A DNA stretch of 33,737 nt from Streptosporangiaceae bacterium (GTDB taxonomy: Bacteria > Actinomycetota > Actinomycetes > Streptosporangiales > Streptosporangiaceae): positions 1 to 33,737 of the forward strand of contig DASWAH010000281.1 in NCBI GenBank assembly GCA_036391235.1. Direction: 5' to 3'. A model generated the notes under the pieces. It searched no databases, was not told the DNA's origin, and saw nothing but the letters and a program-made list of their open reading frames with translations. Position 1 is the first letter of the stretch, and each line of letters begins with the position of its first letter. Shown here in pieces: positions 1 through 9,952 of this stretch. A program made the position numbers and the translations under genes.

Positions 1-1
1 C

Positions 2-340
2 GACCTGGCCGGCCTGGCCGCCGCCCTGAGCGCCGCGCTGGCCGGCGTGCAGAAGCTCGGCGCGGCCAAGGAGGGCGAGAAGACGATGGTGGACGCTCTG
101 GCTCCGGCCGTCGGCGCACTCGACAAGGCGGTCGCGGACGGGGCGCAGGCCGGAGCCGCGCTGTCCGCGCTCGCCGCCGCGGCCGCGGCCGGTGCCCAGG
201 CCACCATCTCGATGCAGGCGCTCAAGGGCCGGGCCAGCTACCTGGGCCCGCGCAGCGTCGGGCACGAGGACCCGGGCGCCGCGTCGACGGCGCTGATCCT
301 GGCGGCGCTGCGCGACGTGGCGCTGCGGCAGGGCCGATGA
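2..340 (+). CDS. dhaL: Dihydroxyacetone kinase ADP-binding subunit DhaL, C-terminal part (5' end lies outside the window)
   Basis: The frame is open from the window edge to TGA at 338-340. The translation ...GEKTMVDALAPAVGAL...ALKGRASYLGPRSVGHEDPGA resembles the C-terminal helices of the DAK2/DhaL domain. The stop overlaps the next start (ATGA). Confidence 0.8.
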   Translation, partial: DLAGLAAALSAALAGVQKLGAAKEGEKTMVDALAPAVGALDKAVADGAQAGAALSALAAAAAAGAQATISMQALKGRASYLGPRSVGHEDPGAASTALILAALRDVALRQGR

Positions 341-1977
341 GCCAGCCCCGGCGCTACCCCGGCCAGCCGGCCTCGGAGGGCTGGGCGGCCGGCGTGCTGT
401 ATCAGGCCGACTCCCCGGCGGGCGGCACCACCGCGACCGCCGGGCAAGTCGAAGCCGCGTTCGCCGCGGTCGCGGCCGATCGGGCGGCGCTCGCCGCCCG
501 GCTACGGGCGGACGGCCGCGATCACGAGGCCGAGATCGTCGGCGTGGCCGCGCTGATCGCCGCGGATCCGGTGCTGGTCGCCGGGGCGGTGACGGCAGTG
601 CGGGCCGGTACCGGACCGGCCGAGGCGATCAGGCAGACGGCCGAGACCCAGGCGGCGACGCTCGCTGCCATCCCCGACCCCCTGCTGGCCGAGCGAGCCG
701 GCGATGTCCGGCAGGTCGCCGCGGCCGTGCTCGAACGCCTGGCCGGAGGCCCGCAGAGCCGGCCGGACGAGGAGTTCATCCTGGTCAGGCGGGATGTAGC
801 CGCGGCCGACCTGATCGAGCAGGCCGAGCACGGGCTGGCCGGCGCGGTCTCGGTAGCCGGCGGCGCCAGCTCGCACGCCGCGATCATCGCGCGCGGACTC
901 GGCATCCCCATGATCACCGGGGTCGATGCCGCCGCGCTGGCCGAGCCGGCCGGCTGCCGGGCGGAGCTGGACGCCGACGCCGGCCAGCTCACGGTCGGCA
1001 CCGCGGCGCACGCGGCCGGCTCGCGCCGGAGCACCAAGGCTCCCGAACCCGCCCGGGAGAGCGCACGCCTGGACGGGCAGGCCCGCACGGCGGACGGGCA
1101 GAGCGTCACTGTGCTCTGCAATGTCGCCTCGGCCGCCGAGACGCGGACCGGGCTGGCCGAGGGCGCGGCCGGGGTCGGGCTGCTGCGCACCGAGATCGGC
1201 TTCACCGGCCGGCCCGACTGGCCCAGCGAGGCTGACCACCTGGCCCAGCTCACGCCTATTCTGGAACTCCTGGCCGGGCGACTCGCCACGGTCCGGCTGC
1301 TCGACTTTTCCGGTGACAAGATCCCGCCGTTTCTGCGCGGCGGCGCCCTCGGGGCCGGGCTGGCCGCCCTGCTCGACCATCCGGCCGCGCTCGATCGCCA
1401 GCTGCGCGCTGCCCTGACCGCCGGCCGGGCTACCGACCTGGCCCTCTTGATTCCGATGGTGAGCGAAACCGGGCAGATCGACCGAGTGCGTGCGGCGCTG
1501 CGAGCGGCGGCCGGGCAGGCCGGCCTGGCCTGCCCGCGGACCGGCATCATGGTCGAACTGGCCGCCACGGCGGCCGACGCCGCCCGGTTCGCGGCTCAGG
1601 CCGACTTCTTCTCGATCGGCACCAATGACCTGACCGGGCAGGTACTGGGGCTTGACCGGCTGAGCCAGGGCGCCCGGCCAGGGCTGGCCGCCGATCCGAG
1701 AGTGCTCGAACTGGTCGCGAACGTGGTCACCGCGGCCGGCCAGGCCGGAATCGGGCTGTCCGTCTGCGGCGACGCCGCCGCCGATCCGGTCGTGCTGCCG
1801 CTGCTGATCGGGCTCGGCGTGCGGACGGTCAGCGTCCCGGCCGCCAGGGTCGCCCTGGTCGGCGCCGCGGTCGCGAAGCTGGACGCCGGAGCGTGCGCCG
1901 AACTGGCGGCCAAGGCGACCGGGGCGAGCTCGCTGGCCGAGGTCGAGGAGCTGGTCGGTCATGCGCTGGCTCGCTAG
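337..1977 (+). CDS. ptsI: PEP-protein phosphotransferase (PTS enzyme I family), coupled to dhaL
   Basis: 546-aa ORF. It has the phosphohistidine loop GGASSHAAIIARGLGIPMITG and the PEP-binding C-terminal motifs IGTNDLTGQ and SVCGDAAADP. Its start overlaps the dhaL stop (ATGA at 337-340). Confidence 0.85.
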   Translation: MSQPRRYPGQPASEGWAAGVLYQADSPAGGTTATAGQVEAAFAAVAADRAALAARLRADGRDHEAEIVGVAALIAADPVLVAGAVTAVRAGTGPAEAIRQTAETQAATLAAIPDPLLAERAGDVRQVAAAVLERLAGGPQSRPDEEFILVRRDVAAADLIEQAEHGLAGAVSVAGGASSHAAIIARGLGIPMITGVDAAALAEPAGCRAELDADAGQLTVGTAAHAAGSRRSTKAPEPARESARLDGQARTADGQSVTVLCNVASAAETRTGLAEGAAGVGLLRTEIGFTGRPDWPSEADHLAQLTPILELLAGRLATVRLLDFSGDKIPPFLRGGALGAGLAALLDHPAALDRQLRAALTAGRATDLALLIPMVSETGQIDRVRAALRAAAGQAGLACPRTGIMVELAATAADAARFAAQADFFSIGTNDLTGQVLGLDRLSQGARPGLAADPRVLELVANVVTAAGQAGIGLSVCGDAAADPVVLPLLIGLGVRTVSVPAARVALVGAAVAKLDAGACAELAAKATGASSLAEVEELVGHALAR

Positions 1978-2023
1978 CCAGGACCGGCCAGCCCGGCGCA
2001 CCCGGCTCGGATCGGCCGCCGGA

Positions 2024-2803
2024 TCAGCTCAGCGCGGAGATCGCCGCCTGGCCGCGGCCGGCCCCGAGGTCCCTGGAGACTCCGCGGGCGGACTCGGCCA
2101 CTGCCCTGGCCACATCGTCCCTGGCATCCGCCGCGAGCAGCCGCTCGGCCGGGCCGACCACGCCGATCGCGCCGGCCACCAGGCCTTCGCGGTTCAGGAT
2201 CGGCGCTGCCACCCCGGCGTCACCAACCGTCGCCTCCTGATCCTCGATCGCGTAGCCCTGCTTGCGCACCTGGGCCAGCGCGCGGCTGAGGGCGGCCCTG
2301 CTCGTCTTGGTCCGGCCGGTCAGCGGGGCCAGCGGCCCGGCCAGCAGGCGAGCGCTGGACGGCTGGGGCAGATGCGACACGATCGCGTGCCCGAGCGCGC
2401 AGGCGTGCCACGGGATTGCGGCGCCAACCTCGAGGATCTGCACGGTGTTGTCCGGCCGGAACACGTGGTGCAGCACGATCACCCGCGAGCCGGACAAGGT
2501 GGCGACCCAGACCGCCTCGTTGACCCGCTGGGCCAGAGCCTCCGACCACAGCAGCGACCTGGCCCGCAGCTCGGAGCCGTCCAGGTAGGCGTTGCCGAGC
2601 TGGAGCACGCCGGGACCGAGGCTGTACTTGCTCGTCTCCGGATCCTGAGTGACGAGGTCGTACTGCTCGAGGGTGCGCAGCAGTCCGTACACGGTCGGCT
2701 TGGCCAGGCCCACTCGCTCGGCGATCTCGGTGACCCCCAGTCTGGGCGTGCCGGACCCGAGGGCCGCGAGGATGGCGGCCGCCCGCTCCACCGACTGGAT
2801 CAT
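2024..2803 (-). CDS. IclR-family transcriptional regulator
   Basis: 259 aa. It has an N-terminal winged HTH (SVERAAAILAAL...LGVTEIAERVGLAKPTVYGLLRTL) followed by an IclR-type effector domain. It is divergent from dhaM across a 41-bp AT-rich gap. Confidence 0.9.
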   Translation of the reverse strand: MIQSVERAAAILAALGSGTPRLGVTEIAERVGLAKPTVYGLLRTLEQYDLVTQDPETSKYSLGPGVLQLGNAYLDGSELRARSLLWSEALAQRVNEAVWVATLSGSRVIVLHHVFRPDNTVQILEVGAAIPWHACALGHAIVSHLPQPSSARLLAGPLAPLTGRTKTSRAALSRALAQVRKQGYAIEDQEATVGDAGVAAPILNREGLVAGAIGVVGPAERLLAADARDDVARAVAESARGVSRDLGAGRGQAAISALS

Positions 2804-2844
2804 GGATGCCTTTCGGTAATGTCGAATACTATTCAGGATAGGCC
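2804..2844. promoter_or_regulatory. Divergent iclR/dhaM control region with a GAATA-c-TATTC palindrome
   Basis: A 41-bp AT-rich spacer (ggatgcctttcggtaatgtcgaatactattcaggataggcc) separates the two divergent start codons. It contains an 11-bp palindrome at 2824-2834. The operator assignment is inferred, not demonstrated. Confidence 0.4.
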
Positions 2845-3249
2845 ATGAGCGATAACGCCAGAGTAGGGATCGTGCTCGTCTCGCACAGCTCGGCGCTGGC
2901 GGAAGGAGCGGCCGAGGTCGCCGCGCAGGTCGGCGGCGGGGCCGCGGTCATCGTCCCGGCCGGCGGCACGGACGACGGTGGCATCGGGACCAGCGCGGCC
3001 AAGATCCGTGCCGCCCTGCTGGCCGCCGCCACCGGGGCCGGCGTTCTCGTGCTCCCGGATCTCGGCAGCTCGGTGCTGACGGTACGCGCGCTGCTGACCG
3101 AACCCGACGGCCTGCCCGAGCCGGTGGTGCTGGCCGACGCCCCCTTCGTCGAGGGTGCGGTGGCGGCCGCCGTCGCCGCGGCAGTCGGCGGGGACATCAA
3201 GGCGGTGCAGGCCGCCGCGGAGGAGGCACGCGGTGTCAGGAAGCTCTGA
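2845..3249 (+). CDS. dhaM: PTS-dependent dihydroxyacetone kinase phosphotransferase subunit DhaM (EIIA-mannose-type domain only)
   Basis: 134 aa. The N-terminus VGIVLVSHSSALAEGAAE is typical of the EIIA-Man/DhaM phospho-His region. It sits in an operon with an HPr gene next to dhaL and enzyme I. Confidence 0.8.
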   Translation: MSDNARVGIVLVSHSSALAEGAAEVAAQVGGGAAVIVPAGGTDDGGIGTSAAKIRAALLAAATGAGVLVLPDLGSSVLTVRALLTEPDGLPEPVVLADAPFVEGAVAAAVAAAVGGDIKAVQAAAEEARGVRKL

Positions 3250-3505
3250 AGCGGCCATCACGCTGACTGGCGACCTGCACGCGCGCCCGGCCGGCTCGCT
3301 CGCCGTGGCGGCGGCCCGGTTCGCGTCGGCCGTCCAGATCACGGTGGGATCGGCGAGTGCCGACGCCAGGAGCGTGCTGTCGGTCATGGGCCTGGGCGCC
3401 ACCAGCGGGCAGCGCGTGATCGTACGCGCGACCGGCCCTGACGCCGAGGAGGCGGTGACCGCCCTGATCGGCATCCTGGCCGAGGCGACCCCCGTCGGCG
3501 GCTAG
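3233..3505 (+). CDS. ptsH: HPr-family phosphocarrier protein
   Basis: GTG at 3233 is preceded by AGGAGG (3221-3226) and gives 90 aa. It has the His15 motif GDLHARPAG and the Ser46-region motif SVLSVMGLG. The ORF-track start at 3155 would overlap dhaM by 95 nt, so I prefer the GTG. Confidence 0.8.
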   Translation: MSGSSEAAITLTGDLHARPAGSLAVAAARFASAVQITVGSASADARSVLSVMGLGATSGQRVIVRATGPDAEEAVTALIGILAEATPVGG

Positions 3506-3517
3506 CCCCGGCCCGGC

Positions 3518-4915
3518 TCAGACCGGCTCGGCGGGCTGCATGAGGCGGCGGGCGGCCTCGGTGATGCTCCCGGTCAGCGACGGATAGACGGCGAAGGTGT
3601 GGGCGATCTCGTCGACCGTGAGCTGCTGTTCCACTGCCAGTGAGACGCCCAGGATCAGCTCGCTGGCCCGCGGAGCGACAATCACCCCGCCCAGCACGAT
3701 CCCGCTGTTACGCCTGGTGAACAGCTTGACGAAGCCGTCGTCGAAGCCCTCCATCTTGGCTCTGGCGTTGGTCGCCAGCGGCAGCTTGACCACCCTGGCC
3801 TGCACGTCGCCCCGGTCGACATCGGCCTGGCTGACTCCGACGGTGGCGATCTCCGGCTCGGTGAAGATGGTCGCGGCGACGTGACCGAGCCGCAGCGGCT
3901 GGACCGCCTCACCGAGCGCGTGCCACATCGCGATCCGGCCTTGCATGGCCGCGACCGAAGCGAGCATCCAGACTCCGGTGCAGTCGCCGGCCGCATAAAC
4001 GCCCGGCGCGGAAGTCCTGGACACCTTGTCGACCGTGATGAAGCCACGGTCGTCGACGACGACCCTCGCGCCGGCCAGGCCGATCCCTTCGGTGGACGGC
4101 ACCATGCCGACCGTGAGCAGGCAGTGGGACCCGGGCACGATCCGGCCGTCCTCCAGCTCGACCTCGACCCCGCCGGCCGTCCTGACCGCTGACCGGGCCC
4201 GGGACCGGCCGAGCACGGTCATCCCGCGCCGCCGGAACACGTCCTCCATGACCATGGCCGCGTCGGTGTCCTCGTTCGGCAGCACATGATGGCGCGAGGA
4301 GACCAGCGTGACCTGGGACCCGAGGGCCTGGTAGGCGCTGGCGAACTCGGCTCCGGTGACGCCGGACCCGACCACGATCAGCTCCTCCGGCAGCTCGGGC
4401 AGGTCGTAGAGCTGACGGCAAGTCAGCAGCCGCTCGCCGTCGGGAACCGCGCCCGGGAACTGCCTGGGCTGGGCTCCGGTGGCGATCAGCACGGTGTCCG
4501 CGGCCAGTTCACGGCCGCCGACGGCCACGAGGCCAGGCTCCAGCAGTTGCCCGCGGCCCTGGATGACCCGCACGCCCTCGGCGCCCAGGCGCATCGCCAC
4601 GTCGGCCGACTGGGCCCTGGCCAGGTCCCTGATCCTGGCGTAGACCCGGGCCGGGTCAGCGCTGGCGTGCGAGGTCCGCGCCGGTTCGTGGTCGAAGGTG
4701 ATGCCGAGTTCGCGGCCGTCCTGCATGGCGGCCATCAGGCTGGCCGTAGCGATCAGCGTCTTCGACGGCACGCAATCCGTGAGCACGCATGAGCCCCCGA
4801 GACCGCTCTCCTCGATCACGGTCACGTCGGCGCCGAGCTGAGCCGCGACCAGGGCCGCCTCGTAACCGCCCGGGCCTCCGCCGATGATCACGATGCGCGT
4901 TCTTGGCTGGTTCAC
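3518..4915 (-). CDS. lpdA: Pyridine nucleotide-disulfide oxidoreductase, LpdA-like (NAD(P)H quinone reductase / dihydrolipoamide dehydrogenase family)
   Basis: 465 aa. It has the FAD motif IIGGGPGGYEAA, the redox-active pair CVLTDCVPSK, a second dinucleotide fold VVGSGVTGAEFA and a C-terminal dimerisation domain. Its neighbours (PH-domain protein, M20 amidohydrolase) match the mycobacterial Rv3303c region as I recall it. Confidence 0.8.
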   Translation of the reverse strand: MNQPRTRIVIIGGGPGGYEAALVAAQLGADVTVIEESGLGGSCVLTDCVPSKTLIATASLMAAMQDGRELGITFDHEPARTSHASADPARVYARIRDLARAQSADVAMRLGAEGVRVIQGRGQLLEPGLVAVGGRELAADTVLIATGAQPRQFPGAVPDGERLLTCRQLYDLPELPEELIVVGSGVTGAEFASAYQALGSQVTLVSSRHHVLPNEDTDAAMVMEDVFRRRGMTVLGRSRARSAVRTAGGVEVELEDGRIVPGSHCLLTVGMVPSTEGIGLAGARVVVDDRGFITVDKVSRTSAPGVYAAGDCTGVWMLASVAAMQGRIAMWHALGEAVQPLRLGHVAATIFTEPEIATVGVSQADVDRGDVQARVVKLPLATNARAKMEGFDDGFVKLFTRRNSGIVLGGVIVAPRASELILGVSLAVEQQLTVDEIAHTFAVYPSLTGSITEAARRLMQPAEPV

Positions 4916-5028
4916 GCTGCCTCATTCTGTCGCACGGCCTGGCCTGACCCGGCGGCAGCCTCGATCTGCCGAACTGGACAGGCGAACCTACCTACCCGCA
5001 ACCACCCGGACTCGTACGCTAGGGGACC

Positions 5029-5484
5029 GTGGCGTTGTACGCGGCATACGGCAGCAACATGGACCATGGCCAGATGGCCGACCGCTGCCCGCATTCTCCC
5101 CAGGCCGGCACCGGCTGGCTGGATGGGTGGCGGCTGACCTTCGGTGGCGAGGACATCGGCTGGGAAGGCGCTCTGGCCACCGTGGTCGAGGACGCCGACG
5201 CCCGGGTGTTCGTGGTGCTGTACGAGATGTCCGATACCGACGAGCGAATGCTGGATCGCTGGGACGGCGCCTCGACTCTCGGCTACTACAGCAAGCTCCG
5301 CGTCCGCGTCGCAACGCTCGACGGCGACGTACTGGCCTGGCTATACGTGCTGAACGACTATGAGGGCGGCCTGCCGTCGGCTCGCTATCTCGGCATCATG
5401 GCCGACGCGGCCGAGGCGGCGGGCGCTCCGGCCGACTATGTCGCCGACCTGCGCGGCCGGCCGTGCGCGTCGCTCGGCCCCTGA
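5029..5484 (+). CDS. Gamma-glutamylcyclotransferase (AIG2/GGCT-like) family protein
   Basis: 151 aa with a GTG start. The N-terminus LYAAYGSNMDHGQMADRCP is characteristic of the GGCT fold (YGSNM motif). Confidence 0.75.
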   Translation: MALYAAYGSNMDHGQMADRCPHSPQAGTGWLDGWRLTFGGEDIGWEGALATVVEDADARVFVVLYEMSDTDERMLDRWDGASTLGYYSKLRVRVATLDGDVLAWLYVLNDYEGGLPSARYLGIMADAAEAAGAPADYVADLRGRPCASLGP

Positions 5485-5494
5485 CCCGCCCCGG

Positions 5495-6295
5495 TCAGCC
5501 GGCCAGCATCACGATCGCGAACACGATGCCGGGGACGCCGAAGGCCGCCAGGGCCGGCCAGGCCCAGGTGCCGGTGACCACCGCGTCCGCGATCGCCGGG
5601 CCCGCACTAGGGGCAGGCTGGCCAGGGGCTTGCCGTCCCTCGGCGTCGCCGGCGGTGTTGTCCGGATCGAGCAGCCGGGCCTTGACCTCGTCGGACTTCG
5701 CCGCCATCTCGCGGGCGATGACCTCCGTCTGGGTCATCTTGACCAGTTCCTTGGCCTGGCCAGGGAGCTGCCCGTAGCTGGAAGGCCGGCTGCGCCTGCC
5801 CTGTTCCCACTGCCAGCCGTGCAGCTTGGCCCTGGCCCTGGTGCGCCTGGTCGACGACAAGGCCCAGCAATAGACCGTCTTGTCCTTCTTCTCGCCGGAG
5901 CGGGTGCACTGGATTTCCAGCGAGTCGGCCAGGAAGATCCCGCGCACAGCGGCCCACGGGATGCGAAAGACCCGGAACGGGTTGCGCACCGTGACCCCGC
6001 CCTCGTCCGCCCGGACCTGGGGCCAGTAGGTGCAGGCGAAGACCAGGCCGGTCGCGGTGATGGTGCCGAGCGCGAACTTCAGCGACAGGTAGTCGCGGCC
6101 CTGGATCAGCAGGTCGCCGAGGATCAGCACGACCAGCGCGACCCACATCCACCAGACGACTACCGGTGCGGTCAGCCGGTAGATCCGGCTGCCGTCGGGC
6201 TGCAGGCGACCCACGGTGACCGGGACATCGGTCCTGGTTCGCTCGTTCGGTGCGGTCACGTCGGCATGGCTCCGGGTCGGCGGCTGGCCGGGCAC
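5495..6295 (-). CDS. Membrane protein with a bacterial PH-like domain
   Basis: 266 aa. Two N-terminal TM helices (VVVWWMWVALVVLILGDLL, LGTITATGLVFACTYW) are followed by a PH-like segment (GGVTVRNPFRVFRIPWAAVRGI) and a C-terminal TM helix. The start codon is uncertain. Confidence 0.65.
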   Translation of the reverse strand: MPGQPPTRSHADVTAPNERTRTDVPVTVGRLQPDGSRIYRLTAPVVVWWMWVALVVLILGDLLIQGRDYLSLKFALGTITATGLVFACTYWPQVRADEGGVTVRNPFRVFRIPWAAVRGIFLADSLEIQCTRSGEKKDKTVYCWALSSTRRTRARAKLHGWQWEQGRRSRPSSYGQLPGQAKELVKMTQTEVIAREMAAKSDEVKARLLDPDNTAGDAEGRQAPGQPAPSAGPAIADAVVTGTWAWPALAAFGVPGIVFAIVMLAG

Positions 6296-6378
6296 TCGGA
6301 GCGCGCCCGGCGGCTTCCTCCCACCATATGCGGCTCTGCCCGGCAGCAGCAGGTCACCGGCTGGTTGCCCGGTTACGG

Positions 6379-7704
6379 TCAGGCCACCGAGTGGTAATCA
6401 GCTAATAACGGTCCGGCCAGGGTCACGCCGTCGGCCGAGGCTCGCATGGCGCCGAACCTGGCCGCCTCGGCCGCTCCGGCCGCCGCGATCACCGAGTCGG
6501 GTTCGTGCTGGCTGCCGATCGCGGTCAGCGCGGTCGCCGCCATGACCTTGACGCCGATGGCGATGGCCCGCTCATCGACGTCGAACATCGGCTGGTGGAT
6601 GTCGATGTCCTCGGCCGATCCCGGCGGCCGGGTGCCGAGCCGGAACAGGCTGCCGGGGATCGACTCCAGGTACCAGGCGAAGTCTTCGCCGCCCAGGCTC
6701 TGCGGGGCCGCGGTAAGCGCGCCTGGCCCGAGCACCCGGTCGGCCGCGGCGGCAACCATCGATGTGCTCACTGCCTCGTTCACGGCTGGCGGCACGCTGC
6801 GGACGTAGGTGAGAACCGGCGTCACTCCGTAGGAGTTCGCCACCGACTCGACCAGTTCCTTGAGCATGACCGGGGCGGCATGCCAGGCGGTGTCGTCCAG
6901 GCACCGGACCGTGCCTTCGACCACGCCGGAGTCGGGGATCGCGTTCGGCGCGGAGCCGGCGCTGACCCGCCCCCAGACCAGGCTCAGGCCCGACCGCGGG
7001 TCGACCCGGCGGGACAGTGCGGCCGGCAACTCAGTGATGATCTTGCCGAGGGCGAACACCAGGTCGGCGGTCAGGTGCGGTCGCGCGGTATGCCCGCCGG
7101 GCCCGGTGAGCTGCACCTTGACCTTGTCACAGGCCGCCGTGATCGGGCCCGACCTGGTGCCGACCTTGCCGACATCGAGCTTGGGATCGCAGTGCAGGGC
7201 GAACACCCGGTCGACCGAGGAGATCCCGCCCGCGGCGAGCACGTCGAGCGCGCCGCCCGGTATTTCTTCGGCCGGCTGGAAGATCAGGCGCACCTTTCCC
7301 GGCAGGGCCCCGGCGGCGGCCGCGCGGGCGAGGAACAGGCCTGCGCCGAGCAGGACTGAGGTATGCACGTCGTGCCCGCACGCATGGCAGGCACCGGTGT
7401 TCAGCGAACGGTAGGGGACGTTCTTCTCGTCCAGGATCGGCAGCGCGTCGATGTCAGCCCTGAGCGCGACCGACGGCGCGTCGGCGGGGCTGCCGCCGAC
7501 GTCGGCGATCAGGCCCGTGCCCTTCGGCAGCACGGCCGGCCGCAGGCCGGCGGCCTCGAGCCGCAACGCGATCCGGCGCGTGGTCCGGTGCTCGGCGTAG
7601 CCGATCTCCGGGTGGGCGTGCAGGTCCCGGCGGAAGTCGATCAGTTCGGCTTCGTGGGACGCCAGGAACGCGTCGAGTTCGCCTACCAGATCACTCTCAG
7701 CCAT
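6379..7704 (-). CDS. M20-family amidohydrolase (N-acyl-L-amino acid amidohydrolase / hippurate hydrolase type)
   Basis: 441 aa with M20D motifs HACGHDVH, FQPAEE and GGEDF. The ATG at 7704 is preceded by GGAGAGGA. Confidence 0.9.
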   Translation of the reverse strand: MAESDLVGELDAFLASHEAELIDFRRDLHAHPEIGYAEHRTTRRIALRLEAAGLRPAVLPKGTGLIADVGGSPADAPSVALRADIDALPILDEKNVPYRSLNTGACHACGHDVHTSVLLGAGLFLARAAAAGALPGKVRLIFQPAEEIPGGALDVLAAGGISSVDRVFALHCDPKLDVGKVGTRSGPITAACDKVKVQLTGPGGHTARPHLTADLVFALGKIITELPAALSRRVDPRSGLSLVWGRVSAGSAPNAIPDSGVVEGTVRCLDDTAWHAAPVMLKELVESVANSYGVTPVLTYVRSVPPAVNEAVSTSMVAAAADRVLGPGALTAAPQSLGGEDFAWYLESIPGSLFRLGTRPPGSAEDIDIHQPMFDVDERAIAIGVKVMAATALTAIGSQHEPDSVIAAAGAAEAARFGAMRASADGVTLAGPLLADYHSVA

Positions 7705-8218
7705 CCATCCTCTCCCCGTGGGCCAGGATCAGGTCAGGAGCGCACCGGATCTCGTCAGTGCCGTCGCCTCCCCCGCCAGCGGTCCAGGGCCGCTGGCTCA
7801 GGATGACTCCGTGGCCTGCGTGGTTGCTCTCTGGGGTCACTGTCGCACCATGAACCCCAGGCGTACCAGGAAGCCCGAACGCGGCACGCCGTCGTGTCGG
7901 GTTACTCTCCTGGATCCGGAAAGCAAAACGCGGTTCCATGTGTCCTTCAGTTACGTTTCCACCGCATCACCAGCGGCTGTTCAGTCGGCAGGAATCGCTG
8001 CTCATTGCCCGGATCGGGCACTCATGCCGACGACTGATGCAACTTAACGCCAACATGACGCTGGCGAGGTGCTCTCACCGCATCTCGGTGTTCAGGTGAG
8101 ATGCGACCCGGTATCTCTCAGCATGGTAGCGCTCGCGGGGCAGCAACGCTGGCGTTGCCTGATTACCGAGCCGTTCGAGCCCCGCCCACAAGGGCCCTAA
8201 CCGGCCTATTCCGGCAGG
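7705..8218 (-). other. Long non-coding, hairpin-dense interval (candidate 5' leader of the amidohydrolase or an independent RNA); family unknown
   Basis: 514 bp with no protein-like ORF on either strand. It is visibly less GC-rich than its flanks (32 of 60 bases are G or C over 7921-7980 by hand count). Perfect stems include 7775-7782 with 7790-7797 (8 bp) and 7831-7837 with 7854-7860 (7 bp), plus competing stems at 8074-8104. Confidence 0.35.
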
Positions 8219-9799
<1,581 letters not shown>

Positions 9800-9952
9800 G
9801 ACACCAGGTTACGGCCGGGCGGCGGGGATCACACGGGCCAGATCGCATGGCCTGAGTCACACCCGCGGCGAGCTCCAAATGCCTCACCAGCGGCTAATCG
9901 TCGTAAGCACAGTGTAATCATACGTATACTCTCAGTCATTGCCAGGTTCGCC

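Noticed and set aside
502-2001. Long antisense or alternative-frame ORFs throughout the track. Examples: 502-2001(-), 10930-12240(-), 12281-13393(-), 21225-23525(+), 27407-28939(+), 29831-30784(+), 30694-31947(+), 31944-33506(-).
   Set aside because: Each lies opposite or out of frame to a gene with clear family motifs. Their translations are dominated by Arg/Gly/Pro/Ala with no recognisable domains. This is the expected stop-codon-poor artefact of very GC-rich DNA.
2824-2834. A possible shared operator word (GAATAC/ATACG) in three AT-rich islands: 2824-2834 (iclR/dhaM), 9920-9927 (ATACGTAT between the mutase and carboxypeptidase genes) and 21503-21556.
   Set aside because: The matches outside the 21.5-kb palindrome are only 6-8 bp, in AT-rich promoter-like DNA where such words arise easily. 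The spacing and arm lengths differ, so there is too little evidence to claim a common regulator.
5481-5498. Hairpin CTGACC-cgcccc-GGTCAG containing both convergent stop codons (GGCT-like gene and PH-domain gene), considered as a bidirectional terminator.
   Set aside because: It has only a 6-bp stem and no U-tract. The complementarity is largely forced by the two stop codons (TGA and TCA), so I did not list it as a feature.
8092-8124. A 10-codon mini-ORF on the minus strand (MLRDTGSHLT) ending inside the competing hairpins, which resembles a leader-peptide attenuator.
   Set aside because: It has no Shine-Dalgarno sequence, no run of regulatory codons, and uses codons that are rare for this genome (aga, gat, cat). 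I cannot support translation from sequence alone.
7705-8218. Partial word matches to RNase P RNA (CCCAGAGAGCAACCACGC resembles ACAGAGAGCAAACCGCC) and to the tmRNA 5' end (GGGGCTCGAACGG).
   Set aside because: The universally conserved RNase P element GGAAAGTCCGG and the ACAGAACCCGGCTTA-type 3' region are absent. For tmRNA I found no T-arm GGTTCGA.TCC...CCA 3' end and no tag reading frame.
7705-8218. Fragments resembling riboswitch cores. These were CTGAGAGATACC...ACCTGAAC (TPP-like), GCGACAGTGACC (B12-box-like), ACGCCTGGGG (ZTP-like), CATGAGTGCC (SAM-IV-like) and GGAACCGCG (T-box-like).
   Set aside because: In every case only one short element is present and the partner conserved segments are missing or out of order. 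The downstream M20 amidohydrolase is also not a typical target of these classes.
7705-8218. The idea that the gap is a decayed gene for the missing B12-binding small subunit of the adjacent mutase.
   Set aside because: In the frames I read I found no DxHxxG, SxL or GG cobalamin-binding signature and no extended open frame. The idea remains untested by a proper tblastn.
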